Of a DNA stretch of 64,000 nt, positions 37,701 to 52,700 are shown piece by piece. The DNA is from Diadema antillarum (lineage: Eukaryota): assembly GCF_040938485.1 (NCBI RefSeq), contig NW_027271660.1:1302001-1366000 (forward strand). Direction: 5' to 3'. Below the pieces are notes generated by a model. That model had not been told where the DNA came from. It searched no databases and saw only the letters and a list, made by a program, of their open reading frames with translations. The position numbers and the translations under genes were made by a program. Numbering within the stretch: the stretch's first letter is position 1; each line of letters opens with the position of its first letter.

Positions 37701-40700
37701 ATAAGTATAGCACATCAGAACTGATCACCAGTCACTCGTAAGTTGTTCGTAACTCTACGAACAGCTTTATGAAACAGGGCCCTGGTCACAGAAATAAATG
37801 ACCAATCAAAAGTTTAAACTGTGGAAACTAGCTGAAAAAAAGATACTGTTTCAAATGATTTCATAAAAAGGGGGGGATGTTTTGAAGCATGGTTTGTAAA
37901 ATACTGCTAGAAAAAAGAATACATCAATCATAGTAAGACCATGTACAGGATACCTGTGGCTGTAGGTAATACATCCCTCTGCTGCAAGACACCCAGGACG
38001 TTCTGAAGTTGAGCATTGATGTTATTCAGGGACTTGACCACATGGGCGGGGTCATCACTCTGCCCACGCCCAGGTCGTTCCCTTCTCTTGGAAAGCAACT
38101 TGTGTGCTTTTGGATCTGGATTGTGTTAGGCAAGAAGCACTGGCTTGAAGACCATGACTGCAAATAAACTGCACTGCATACTGCACATCACCATTTCCCA
38201 AATCAATAAAATACAAGTCAATATCTTGAATAGTACTCTACACAATATAATACAATAGAAAACTTCTATAACATTTGCATAAAGAGTAATTGTTCCTTTA
38301 CAGCCTATGATTTTTTAGATATATCAAATTGAATTACAAGTCACACATATTTTTCTTTCCACCTCAGTTTCTATTGCCTGCACATGAAGTACTTTTTAAC
38401 TAATGACACAATAGTCTTATCTTCTCCGATCAACTTGTGAATACTCTAACAGGTGGCTAATTTAGTCTCTTGACGATAATGTATATCCATAGCTTCAGAT
38501 CTACATCAATCTCTAAAACATTTGATATACAAAAAAAGAAGAAAAACACGCCTTTGGTTCAATCAGCACAGGATGAGACAAAGGGAGACTGAAACCACTA
38601 TCTCAGGATTCTACTATTGTGGTATTACATGTATCATGTGAAAAATGTCACAAGAGAAGTCATAAAGTATGAACTGTTGTAATGAAGACAGACAGAGGAA
38701 TTGAATCAGACAAGCCACCTGGTTTGATGAGGTCCTCCCCACTGGCACTGCTACTCCTTCCATCACTGCTTCCAGATGATTCATCGAGGAAAATCCCTGC
38801 AGTGTGAGTAGACTCTGGGTGGGGGTCTATCTCACTGTCCCCAAACGTGCTCTATTCCACAGACAAAGGCAAACACAGAAAGAGATGGACCTCTAAACAG
38901 CCATGCTGACGTTTCCCCACTTGACATTCCTCAGATGTAATCATATCAAATCTCATAAAAAGTTACAGTCTTTTACAATGCAGGATATTTAAATTTGAAT
39001 AGGGTGGGGGTAGGGAAAGTGACTGTCTTAAGAACTGAAGTCTGGAGAGTTTTCAAATGTCCATTCATTTTACATTTCTTTTACAACATCAACCATGATC
39101 ATTCAATTTGTTCTTACTACCTAAGAGTTGCCCCCCCCCCTGCCTTCTTCACTATCATGCTTTGACTCAGAGAATGAGAGGCCTTTTCTCCTCTCTAAAT
39201 TAGAGATTGGCTTGTTTTGATTCCTTATACAATACAGGTGACTCTTGTAGTAACGAAGTCTTTGAGACCAGGAGTGTTCTGTCGCTATGTCGAAAATCTG
39301 TTACAGCCGAACATATTAGTTTTAAAAGATATATAGATGATAATTTTGAGACCTGAATTTCATTTCGTTGTCACAAGAATATTGTTTTAACCATATTCCT
39401 TATAATGGAGGCGCACGGTACAATTGCATGTTGTTATGATTAACACCATTGATATGAAATTGACAAGGAATTAATAGGGGAAAACTTCAATACAGGTGGA
39501 AACACTAAGAAATTATTAATGTATATGCACAATCACCTGTCCACACAACATGACATTGATGCTGGAATTATGTTAATATTGCAACGTGGCTACATTAATT
39601 ATACTATAAGAGAATACATCAATGACTGGACATGCTGTCAATTCGACAGCCAATATGAAGTGAACGATGACCCTCACTGACCACATCTCCTACCTTGTCA
39701 TTAAGTGACTCCTCTAAGCGTTTGAGTTTATACTCCTTCTCCCTCACCAGGCGACGCCCTGTGGTAAAGTTCACCATTGCTTTATCCAGCTCCAGAGCCT
39801 CCTGTGTGACCCAAACATACAAACAGTGGTCACATTATCCATTATCTCTCACAATCTAAAAACAGCTGATCATTTGACAAGTGAACCTCAAAGAAAAGAA
39901 AGTACATAATCCACTCATTTCATTGATGTACTAATGATAGGGTCCATGAAGCAATATTTTTTTCTGCAGACATTGCATGACTTGGCTCACTCTCCACTGC
40001 TATCACACGGCCTCCTGGAGATATGAATTCATTGAAACAAATAACATTTGCTGGTATATACTATTTGAACAGGACACTCCGAAATCATGAGCCAGTATAG
40101 ACAAACAGCTAGGCTAGCATACCTGAGTGGTAAAGGATAATACCCTCCCATCTCTGCATAATACTCACTGACTGCACTGTCATTCCTTACCCGTTCTAAC
40201 CCAAGTCTGACATCCTCATAAAGCATTGATGTTCCCCCACTGACTGGGTCTGGTTCCTCATCATAAGACTGCCTCAGGTCCCGCCTCCATTCTACCTTGG
40301 CATCTTCCAGAGCCACTTGCTGCTGGCGGAGCTGCCTCTTTTGTCTCTTGAGGAACTCCTTGGCCCGTCGGATGGCACCATTCTCCTCTGCTAGGCGCAG
40401 ACGCAGATCACTGGTTTAGATTGAGGGAAGACAGGGGTCAGTCTGCTGCCAAATCTACTGTGCTGTATCAGCCTCAGGGGCCATATTCCACTTCTTGTAG
40501 GTTTCATTTTTGTAAAGCCCTTTGAAATTGAGACCCTAAGTTTCTACACAGTTTGATTTCAGGACAGAGGATGTTTTACTCACTTTGAAGGTAAACTTAG
40601 ATATACTCCAATAGCTCTGATACTGTAGCAACCTTCTGTTGTAACTTAACCCTAAAAAGACTGGGCTATTTTGGTAGCTCGAAAGACTTGGGGGGGGGGG

Positions 40701-43700
40701 GGGGGGGGGGGGGCCCTAAAGGGCCCCCCCCTTAAGATCTCGGCCGTGGATCGTGCGATCGCCGCGGAAATTTGCACAATGGTAGTGTGCGATGTAATCT
40801 ACAAGATCGTATATTCAAATTTTCCAAAATAGTCTTCTTTTATTTTATATTGATTAATTATGCTAATTTATGCGAGAAATCAGACTTTTTTATCTAAATC
40901 AGTAAATAAAGCTCCAAAAGTGCTCATTTTTGGTCTAGATATTCTATGTAGCATTCTTAGCAAATGTACTTGAAAAAAAATTCGGTATCAAAATCAATTT
41001 CTTATTTATTTTATTGTTTTATGAATTTCTTATGTATTTCTTTGTTTTTTTCGACCTTTTGTTTCTGTTGTTTTTTTCAGCAAAATTTGTGGCAGACCCT
41101 TTTTGAAGCATAATACTACTAAAACAAATTGATTTTAGCCATTGAGAGTAAAATAAGCATATTTATATGAACCATGTGATAAAACTCAATTTGTATTGAC
41201 TTTGTACACAAAATCACATTTTTGAGCCATTTTCGGTCTCACGTGCATGTACAAAAAGTTATGTAACTTCAGAACCGTACCCCCGGGCGTCACAAATTTG
41301 GTGTCAAAATGTGCGGGAAACTCGAAAGAAAAAAGTCATAGAGCATCGCGGCGAGAGCATTGCGTGTTGCTGAGTAATTGCGCGAAATGTCGAGGGGGGG
41401 GCCCAGTCTTTTTAGGGGTCATCAACAAGAAAACAGCATCCTATCCTGTGTTGAATATTTTAAATAGTTCCCCCACCCCCATCCCCTACTTTTCCTTTTC
41501 TAACAGCACTCTGGTTTTCACAACATTGTTAACTTTGCATTCAAACATGGGCACTTAATTGTGTTGAAATAAACCAGTCATTCAGCATACCATTCATTCA
41601 TTATATTCTCAACAGGTTTTGAGGGATAACAGGTTTTTGAAAACTTTCAGTAAAAAGAAAGTCCATCCACTAACACTATTCAGGCATGAATCATATATTG
41701 CTCAATAATGGCCTGGCAATAACGGAGGATTTATTCATCTTGACTCTATTTACATGTCAAAGAGAAGCAACCAACAATGCACAAAGACACAAGCAGGCAC
41801 AATGACACGCAAGAGCAATATGTATGTATGAATACAAAACAAAACTATAGAGAGAGATAGGTATCACAACTTACTTGTGATAAGTCTGCTGGCGTGCAGC
41901 TGTCTCATCAAATTCTGATGTGTCAGATTCTGGAAAGGCATCAGGCCATGCACGCCTCCCTGTGTGCCTTGATGGAGGACGTTCATAAATCAGCTACAGA
42001 TAGGAGAAGACATATTAGAAGGACTTGGTATAAGTGTCATGTGTTTGCTGCAGCTGACCACATTCAAAGATACTATAGTGGTGACAGCACATTGCTTGTA
42101 CAGTGCACTCCTGTTATAACAAACATGGTTATAACAAAGTTCCAGTTACAAAGAAATAAAAATCAAGGTTGCAAAATCATTGCTTCTACTTTTTTTATTG
42201 TTCATTTGTTAAGTTATAGCAAAATATTGGCATAACAAAAGAAAACTGCCTGTCCCGAGGACTTTGATATAACAGGAGTCCACTGTATGCTCCTGTCATT
42301 GATATGAACATCAGTTTTCTCTTTATTAACTTCTTAGTTGTGTGTCGTCGTAAATAGATAATGAAATCTATGAGTGAAAAGATCAAAAGTACAGTGACAA
42401 TTTCTGGTAGAGTACGTGAAAGGAGTGCGGAAATGTCTCGGAGACAGGGATATATAGAAACTCCTGCAATACTAAAACTTAAGGATATTTCAGTCTAAAA
42501 TAAATTTTTCAAAAATTGTAAACTATTTCCTTTTTATACGGCAGCAGTAGAGTGCAATAGACAAGAGTAAGCAACACGAGGTGCATAAAAAAAAAACAGC
42601 AAGCTGCTTGTCGAGGGAACAGATTACAATGTGGCATTCACATGGCAATTTCCATTTTTCACATTTACCTTTATTTGTGACCAAAGTTGAAACTGGTGAG
42701 TGTGTGTAAACATACAAAAACTTAAACTCTGTGGTTTGACACAAGGTCACCAAGGTTTGTTGTTTCATAGCATAGCTTCTAGCACCACTGCTATAGAATT
42801 AGAAACATGTGGCAAGATTTCATGTGGTCAGACGATAGCATGCATACACACCTTGTCCCTGTCAATGTCGTACGAGGCTCGGTTGTACCCTGCATGCCTC
42901 TGAGCTCCACTCTTACTCCTTCCTCTCCTAACCTTGTTACTACCAAGGTCATGGTAATCTTCCTCATCTTCATCAGTTTCTGACAGGTCAAGAAGTGATG
43001 GACATAGAACATTTCAGGTGTTAGTCTTTATCTGCAGAGTTTGTGGAAGGGAAGGATGGACTTTAAAGGATTTTGGAAAAAAAAAGCTTGGTTGCCTTGA
43101 AAAAGACTACCTATCAACACAGCTGGCAACATCCTGTTCCAGGACACAATACTCAGCAGAAGAGAAAAATAATTTAAAGAGGTGATATTCTGTACAATAA
43201 AGAGATACCTTTTTATCTGGCAAAGCAAGCAGGTCTTCGATCAGACGTTTGACACAATGCTCTTTTGCAATAATTTGCAGACAAGAGTGGAAGTTTGCAA
43301 AACTTCAGAGGGCTGGCCTTTATGGAGAGGAAGTCATAGTAATTTTGTCAGATATATAGTTTGTCATTTCAAGACATTCTTCTTTCTCAGTAAAATAATG
43401 AGTAATCTTTGTGGGGTTTTTTTTCTTTGCCGAACAATATGTGTACAATGTATTGTCGCACACACGCACTGCTAAAATGTATCATAAATATATTGGAAAA
43501 TTGAGCAAAGAAAATGGGATTCGGGTTTATGTCAGGTTTAACCCTAATCCCACCGGGTTTTTTTTAGTTCCGATTGGAATCCCAGTTTCTTTGCTCAATT
43601 TTCCAATAATAAATTATATTCATTTCTGGTCAGTTTTCTTCTATTTACATTTGTTATAAATACATTGTATATTGGTATACATGTACAGCATAAATGAATT

Positions 43701-46700
43701 CTCTGTTTTCCTGATCAAGGCAACATCTGCTGAAGTCACATCAATCTGCCATCAGCTTAGTGGCCTTTGCTTGCAGATATAAGAAGTTGATGGAGATCAC
43801 TAGCACTACATGTACATGTATATCTACATAATATAGTATCAATATCAGAGTAACAATAATTCAAGCTTCAAAATAAACTTGAGTCTGGTAACATGAACAA
43901 ATATCATCACTGCTGATGATAGAAACACTTATGCATGCATTCATTCTCTTTCTTTGGTTCTCATTTTTGTTTGCACTTTTCAATACTTCAAAAAATTATG
44001 AAAATGGAACTAGTGTACAGTAGGACCTGATTTCATGATAATTCAGTTTTAAGTAGCCTAATATGACTGGAAAAAAAGCAAGATTACAGCAATGTGAATT
44101 GACTGAATCAGATTCCAGCTTCATAGTGCTCAGTTATAAACTCTTTGTGTGCCATATTCACACGCCCAACTCAGTCAATGGCTTACCAACTTTTCATATT
44201 TTGTTCAAATGCACATCCATCCACAAACTGAGTAATAAATTGCAATATACCATTGCCACACTACATTGTAAGCATCATAGCCCTGAAATTCACATCATAG
44301 TGTAGCTTCCAGTTTTCTCTGCAACTTGCCATACTGCATTTCCAGCATAAACACTTCTATATACGACTTTGAAAGACAGATTGTTTCCAAAAGCACTGTG
44401 TTGCAGTCTCAGAATAATGTGGCACATAGTGGGTTTACATTGTGGCACATAGAGAATAATAATGTGAGGCAGTAAATCTAAAGACAAAGCACATTCCCAT
44501 CAGCCAGCTCATAATTGTCTGATGAAATTAAACATATTTTCAATGCTCAAATTTTTCAATATTTTATTTGAACAGTTGCAACAGCAGACTCAGACTTTAT
44601 GAAAAGCTGTAGACCTATCCTCAACAAAGCAGTTCATTATTGCCATATTTGCCTGGAGGCAGAGGCCATTAGACAGAATGTATTTGTTATCACATTGCTA
44701 TGGCAATACCACACAGCAGCTATTACTTTAGTATGTCAGGTTTATAAATCATAAAAGAGTACTGTATGTGTCAGTCACAAGCACTTTTTTCACCTCCTTT
44801 TGAAGTGGAGGAGCATATACAGAGTATGAGATTTGTTACATCAGTTGGTAATACTTGACCTTACCTCTTGGAAGTGGAGCATCCCACTGCCCTGGTGTTC
44901 TTGGCAAGTCTCTGGGATGTACCATTGGTCTGACATTCTTTGTAGGGGAGGGTGTCATTGGATCAAGTTCGTTGAGTTCCATCACATCCACACCTGGTGT
45001 GTCCAAGACATCTCGTTGCCGCCTCCGCCTCGAGTCGCGAGGAGTCACATGGTTGTCAGGGTAACCATTTGGAAGGTTAGTTTCCTCACTGGTAGGAATT
45101 TGTCTGTGCATTTTAGAATAGAGAGAAGAGAAACCACAATATGTGGCAATAAGTGACATGAGATTGTGATACAGTTGTTACTGTAAGACACAATATTTTT
45201 GCGGCATGAAATTTTCCCGAATTGAAGCCAACGGCCTTTTTCGAGGCATGAAATTTTTGCGAGTTGCCTCTAACATTCAAAGCGTTTAGTCTGGACAAGA
45301 ACTCATATGTGCATTTTAATTTCGCGAATCTTGGCTTTCACGAATTTCGCAAAATTAAAATGCAAGCGAACATTCCTCGTTTTACAGTAATCTTTTATCT
45401 TTGACATAGTTGACCTTTCATCTTTTGCTCCAGTAATATCTGGGGTGTTCGCAATGCCAGTACTGAATGTACCAGTAATCCGAGCCTCAAAACTAAAGTT
45501 CACCTTCAAAATCTACCACTGATGATACAAACTTACGTATCTACTATAATGAATTAGTCCAACTGACCTGACGTCAATTTCTAGAAACAACTCACAAAGC
45601 ATTATCAAATCACATTTATTCTGGTGTCTGATGGTGAAATCAATCAGGGATGGCCTTGTTTCTGCACTTTGTATTTCAGCTGATAATTGCCAAACTGTAA
45701 TGGTGCTTCTTCTTCTACTTCCATATGAGTACAAGATCTCGTTCGTAATCTTAAGATACATCCAGAAGCTGGGTGAGGCAGTTGACAAGGGCACCCTTTG
45801 GATCAGAGAGGTCAGTCATGCCATTAGGGCATGAAGTGTTGGGCAGGTAAAGATGACAAAATGGCGCTATAGAACCACATCTCACAATGTAAAGACTCCT
45901 GATTGCTCCCTTATACCCCTTTCCTACAATGTACCTGGAAAGCTCATGTAAGCTCCTCACTCTGCCCTCCATCTCATCCTTCTCCTTCTCTAGATCCTGG
46001 AGTCTCCGACATTCTCTTTTGATGGCTTCCACCAGCTCCTGCCTCTCCTTCTCCATTCCCTCCATCAGGGAGACATCTCCACTCTTAGCCTTCAGCTCCA
46101 GCACCTCCTATCAGGTCACCATTAACCAGAAATTCCAATAAGATATCATGCTTTTTACAGATTTTTGTCAGTTGTCTCTCTTTGTAGCACATCTTCATCT
46201 CTCTGCTTTAATATTGAAAATCTCTTGCTTTCAAGATATTTTGTTGCTTTGAATAAAAACAGAAAAATTAGAGATGTGATTTACTGTAAAAGTGGTTTCT
46301 TTTGCGTACAGAAACTTTCGTGGTTTCCATCGGTGCGGACTTTTTCGCGTGTGTTTAAATTCGCGGTCGGTAATGATAGCGTTGTACAAGCGACAAGTTC
46401 AAAACATTTTTGCGTGATGTTAAATTCGCGGTTCAAACTCTAAGCGCGAAAAGTGTGAAAATAAAACCACCGCGGAAGAAACCACTTTTACAGTAGAACA
46501 AATTCAAGGAAACACACACACAATGAATGATAGAAGTTTAGAGAGAAAGATAAATTGGCGACTCTGTGTGATGTAGGAGTTGAGCAGCTCTCCATTTGTT
46601 TTTTTAAACAAAATTTGACTACCCTTAATTTTTTTTTTTCAAATATATGGGCACAGACAGAACTTATCTGCTGAGGAGGACATGCAAAGAATGTGACATT

Positions 46701-49700
46701 CTTTTACATACCAAGAACAGGAAAATTTCTCTTGGGTGAAAAATGATAATTGGTGGATTCTTTTTTTTTTTTTTTTTTGTCCAAACTACATTGAGAGCTG
46801 CTCAACATGTATGTCACAGAGAGTTGCCAACTTGACTTATTCTACACATTTACAGTTCATAGCTTTATTGTGTCTGATATTTTGTCAAAATTCTTACTGG
46901 CCTACTTCTCAGATTTTCTGTTTTTATTCAAAGCAACATTATGTCAGAGTGGAATTTCCCTTTAAAGCAGACTAATAACGGTACGATCAGAGTTGTTTGA
47001 TATTCGATATTGACCACATTTTCCTGTAGATGCAGAAAGGCAAAATTCCCATATACAGTCAAACTCGGATACCTCGAAGTCGTCGGGACTGAAGAAATTG
47101 GTTCGAGGTACGCGTATGTCGAATTTTCTTCGACTTATCCGATTTTTGTCGATGTTCAACATGGTATCTGTTACAGTGCCTACCGATTGTTTGTATGCTT
47201 GTCAATTGGATTTGAATCGACTTTAATATGAATGAATTGAATGAAAATCGATGTTCTTCTTTCATCAGTGTTTTCTGGTGAACAATTAAATGACTTATCA
47301 CCATAAAAACAAAAAGAAAATACCGGTACGTAATCGAGTGCAAGACAGGGTTGCAGAACATGCGTGCTGAATGTACATTGTCGCGTCGGCGTAGGTACCC
47401 CCTCGATCACTATTCGTTTTTCCTCCTTTTCTCTCTCTAAGTCATCATCTCTTACACAATATCCAACACAAGAATCAGTCTTAGCTTTGCAAACTATTAA
47501 AATTTCGCACAACTATGGGTGTACATGTAGCTCACCAAGACTGTTTAGAGCTACAGGGAGCGACGGCAATGTCGCACCGCTACGCACCGGTCTTCCATGT
47601 GTCTACCAGCAGCACTCACAGTCAGCAGACGATACCGTTAATCATTTCCAAATGTAAAAGCAACAATCAGTTTAATATTTATTTTATTATCATACGGAGC
47701 AGAATATTACTGTTATTCATTTCTAAATTTCCAAGCAAACATCCGACATTCGTTTTACTACCATACGGAGCCCAATATTACTGCTGTCCACTTCCAAAAG
47801 TGAAATGAATTATCTGACAATAATTTTATCATCGAATGGAGCTGAATGTTACTGTTATTAATTTCGAAATGTATAATAGCAAATATCCGACATTTATTTT
47901 AGCATCGTATGGAGCAGAATGTTACTGCTATTCACTTCCAAATGTAAAAGTAATCATGACTGTGATATTTATTTTGGAATCTTCCGGAGCCGAATGTTCT
48001 TGCTATTTACTTTCGAAAGTAAAAGCAAACGTCCGACATTTATTTGATCATCGTACGGAGTTGAATGTTATTGTTATTCATTTCCGAACATAAAAGGGAT
48101 CATTCGACATTCATTTTAGCCTATTCCGGAGCTCAATGTTATCGCTATGTACTTTCGAACGTAAAAGCAAACATCCGGCATTCATATTATCACCGTACGG
48201 AGTTGAATATTATTATTTATTTCCGAACGTCAAAGCAAACATTCGACTCGAAATTTATTTTAGCATCTTCCGGAGCCGAATGTTATTGCTATTTACTTTC
48301 GAATATAAAAGCAAACATCATACGGAGTTGAATACTATTGTTATTCATTTCCGAACGTCTAAGGGATCGTTCGACATTTATTTTAGTATCTTTCGGAGCC
48401 GAATGTTATCCTTGTTTATTTCCAAACGCAAAATCAAATATCTGACATTAATTTAAGCACCGTACAGAGCTGAATCTTACCGTTATTCATTTCCAAAAGT
48501 ATAAGCAAACATCCGACATTTATTTTAGTATCGTATGGAGTCAAATATTACTGTTATTCATTTCCAAAATCAAAAGCAATCATCCGACATTCATTGTAGC
48601 AACTTTCGGGGCCGATTGTTACCGCTGTTCATCTCCAAAAGTAAAGGCAAACATCCGACTTTTTTTGGTGGCCCGACGTGCGTTTTGGTGGCCTCGGGCC
48701 ACTGTAAGTGTCGAGCCCTGAATAAGTGCAGCACAGTACATTAAGGATGGGCTACTTGAGTAGTGAGTAATATCGCAAGATCAGATTCCGGCTATGGCTT
48801 CTGAGGACAGTGCTATTGCTGTAATCATAAACATTTACCGAAGAGGATTGTTCGCATTAAAAAAAAAAAGCGAAACAATCTTAGGGGGCCTTGACGATTG
48901 TGCTAGAAAAGAAAAGAAAAAAAAAAGTACCGAAAACTCAAAAAAGATTCAAGTCAAAACAGGGGTAAAATACATGATGATTTCTTTCTTTTTCTTTTTT
49001 TGTCTGAAAATCGTATTATTCCGTTACTTCGAAATTTATCAGAATAAACTGTTGTTAAATCATATCTATACTATTCTCTATTATACTAGGCCTATACTTC
49101 TAGATCATATACACACTATGCTTCATAATCGCATTGCTGGAAAAAAAAAATATTCAGAGCTTGCGTTCTCGGGGAGAATTAATGAAACAAACTTCGTGAA
49201 AGGAAAAAAGTAAAAAAAAAAAACACTAGCGGGAGATTGATGTTTGGACAGTGGACCTTGATTAATGACAAAGATATAACTGTCAACATCTAAGCAGGTG
49301 CGCCACGACGGTTAAGAAATGTACGCGCACGGCATGACTACCACGATCGCAAATCAAAACAGAGTGGTCAAAGAAAGATGATGGGCAGAGCGTAGTGCTA
49401 TTGTAAGCACTCCATTTGCACGGCTGCTATATGCATACCGTGTACGTGTGTAGGTACAGTAGGTGTTGGGGATTTTCCTTGTCAGCTGTGTACCGGGTAT
49501 TTCTTTGAGCGCACGATCGTTCTGGGGCTCAGAATATTTACAATCGAGTGTGAAAAGATTTGTGACATGTCTTCGCTGTCCACGCGCGCTTCATCGGAAA
49601 TGCTGAGTGATGTTTGCAATTTCAATTCGAGCAACATGCTGGGAAAAACAATAAGTTAATCAAGATCGGGACATGAGATTTCCCTTCGAGGTAACCGAAC

Positions 49701-52700
49701 TTCGAGTTAGTTTTTTTCGAGCTACGCGAATTTTAACACACGAAAACTCCATAGGAACAATCGGGACTTTCATTTTGCCTTCGAGATAAGCGATATTCGG
49801 CTTATCCGAGTTCGAGGTATCCGAGGTTGACTGTATTCTTGATCAACCTGAAATTGAAATTAATTCTCTACTTTTCCCATGTACACAGCAACAAGTTGTA
49901 TTTGTATCTGTAATAACAGGGGAATCCTTTTGGGATGGTAATGTGCAAAGAGTTGAACTTCTAATATCTGAATTATCATGAAATCAGGTCCTACCATTAA
50001 AGAGTTCTTTCTCCTAATAACCACTATAGACTACTTCGCATCATGCAGCAAAATTAGTCAATACAAAACAGAAATGGACATCACACACACTCAAAAAGAT
50101 AGGGTGTATAAAATGCTACCAATGCTCATGATTTATATGTCATTCCATTTGATCTAACTCTGATTTTCAAAACAATATTTTACATAAGCTGCTGACATCA
50201 TTCCACGCAATAGATTCAAGCAGATCTTCTCTCAAATTCTATATAGATTCTAGACTCAATGAAAATCTGTGAAACTCAATGAAGCCCCTAAAAATCCTAA
50301 ACATCATAGGTTCATTTATTGCTGCTGTTTAAAGGCCAAACTGATTCCTTTCAGTTTCTAGATAACTTCCATATCCTACATCCCCACTCCCAAACAGCAA
50401 CAAAAATAAATAACAAATAACTGAACAAAACTCTTCTAACATCACATGCTAACGGTATATTTTGCATGGCAAAAGAAAAATAGTATATCAAAACTGGAGA
50501 TTAGATCTTGCCTCCTGGTCCTGGCGAAGCTTTTCTTTCTCCTCCTCCACTTTCTTCCTCCTCCTTGCCAGCTTCTCCTCCTCCTTCTCCATCTCTTTGG
50601 CCTGCTTCTCCAAGGTCTTCCTCCTCTCCTTCAAGGCATCACTCACCTGGTGGTTTGAGGGGATGATATCATTGGGGTGGTTATCAGTAGGGAGCTGCCA
50701 ATAGGTGTGTTTTATGATGGTATCCTTGCATCAAAAATAACTACTGACTATATGGGAAACTATTCCAGTATTAGTAAACCAAAAGCTCATGTACACATTG
50801 CTTATCATCAATGATACAACTTGTAGTCCTAATTAGAGGTCATCCCTTTAGTGTGTAGCTTGTGTGATAAACATTCATTTCTCCTTTATTCACATGAATG
50901 TAACTATGTGCTGACTGGGACAATAATCATCCCAATTTCATCACTGATGTTTAATAGCTACAGTTTGTTGCCATACTTATTCTCAGGTAGAACAAGAAAA
51001 TATCTTAAAATACATTGTTCTATTTTCTTGAGAGTATGAGGTTCATAACAAATCATTCAGAAAGATTAAAACATGGAGACACATCAGAATCTAGTCAGAA
51101 AATTCAGAATCAACACAAAAGAAACTAAATTCTGTGAAGATGATGAATAAAGTTTGCAGGCTGTATCAAGAGGTAACCCTGGCTGGACCATCATCACCAC
51201 TTTAAGTCACAGTCATGAGATATACTCACATCTTTTAGTGCTTGTTCCTCTTCCTCATGGCTGGAATAAAACTCCTCCTTCTTCTGCTCAAACTCATCCT
51301 TTAAAACTTTCAAAGCTGACTTGTGAATTTTAACCAGTCTCTCCTTCTCTTCCTCCAGCTTCTTCTCCAAGGATTTTCTCTCATCTTGCTCCTGTACAAC
51401 ATAAAAAGGGATAATGTAAATGTAACAGAAAAAATACCTTAAAGGTCCTGTTTACCTTTGGGAGCAGTGAGTTTAAAAATGTTCAAGATATCACATTTGC
51501 TGCATATGTGTAGGTCAGTTGTATCATACAACATCCTAACTATACAAAATGTTTGCAATAAAGCCTAGAATATAAGGAGATATCACTATTTTTCTCAGTA
51601 ATCCATAACTGTAGACGGTTTAGTGTGGAAATATTTTTATCATAAACTATTGTTCACATTTTGTATATTTAACAACACTTAACATTCATTAAACTGATTC
51701 AGGCTTTTACATTGGTTGTTTATGTCTCTAACTCACATTTTAGAATTCTTTTGAAGCACTAATGGTGGGTTTTTGTTTCATCTGCAAATGGTAAATTATG
51801 CCTTTACCCAAGGGATTCACACATTCAGCTTGCTGGAAGAAGTATGTGCCTCAAGTCAGCATGGTTGTGACATTGTCATACCAATCTTGACGAAAATTGA
51901 TCAGCTACTTCTAGAATTGATATTCTCCATATGTCCCAAAGTGATTTCAACAATATCACTAGTTCAATTGTTCGAAAAAGCAGGTAATATAAATATAAAA
52001 TCAAAGAAATTTGAACCTATGACACACATATTACTACATCTAAAAATTTATATGAATTGATCAGAATCCCTGTTCATACAGCAGCTCACATCCACTTGCA
52101 CTCCACAATAACTGAAGATTTCCCAGTAGCAGCTGGGCAACAACAATCAGCTGCTAGTATTTAATGTTTTGCTAAGTGCAATCTTAGCAAATTTGCCAAA
52201 CAACATTCTCTATGAAACATGATCTAGATGAAATGGAAAACCTTTACATTACCGTACACGTGCAGACTAATGATTAACCAAATATACAGAAATGGACTTA
52301 CAGCCTCTTTGGATTCTCTGGTCATATCTCTGACTTTCTTTTCATGCTCCTTCTTCATCTTCTCAAGCTCCTTCTGTTGCTCCTCCTTCACAGCCTGCTT
52401 TCGTTCCTGGAGAATGTTCTCCATCTGGGTGAAAACAACATGATCTCTCATTGTCTCAAATTCATCATCACTTGACCGACACTTTCATCCAACTTTTACA
52501 GAGAACCCACAAGTCATATCCAGTAGAACTATGTCTCCACATGATGTATATGAACTTTATTAGAGACACAATCTGTGTCAGGTCATGCTGACATGGGGAA
52601 CTTTAGAAACCATAGGCACACTTATACTCATTCATATAAAAAAATAATAAATATATAAATGATGAATAAAGTAAAAAAAAAAATCTCAGGCTGTTACTTT

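Noticed and set aside
37945-37953. CEP164 donor GTATCCTG resembling a U12-type (minor) 5' splice site, tempting next to CENATAC
   Set aside because: It deviates from RTATCCTTT, and no TCCTTAAC-like branch site precedes the downstream acceptor (37031). All CENATAC introns also look U2-type.
45303-45834. Minus-strand ORFs of 68-93 aa between CEP164 exons
   Set aside because: The flanking exons (45935 and 45103) join in phase 2 without them. One ORF runs into a MITE and none shows CEP164-like content.
47640-48660. CRISPR-like array
   Set aside because: The units are contiguous degenerate tandem repeats without unique spacers, in a eukaryotic intron inside a TIR element.
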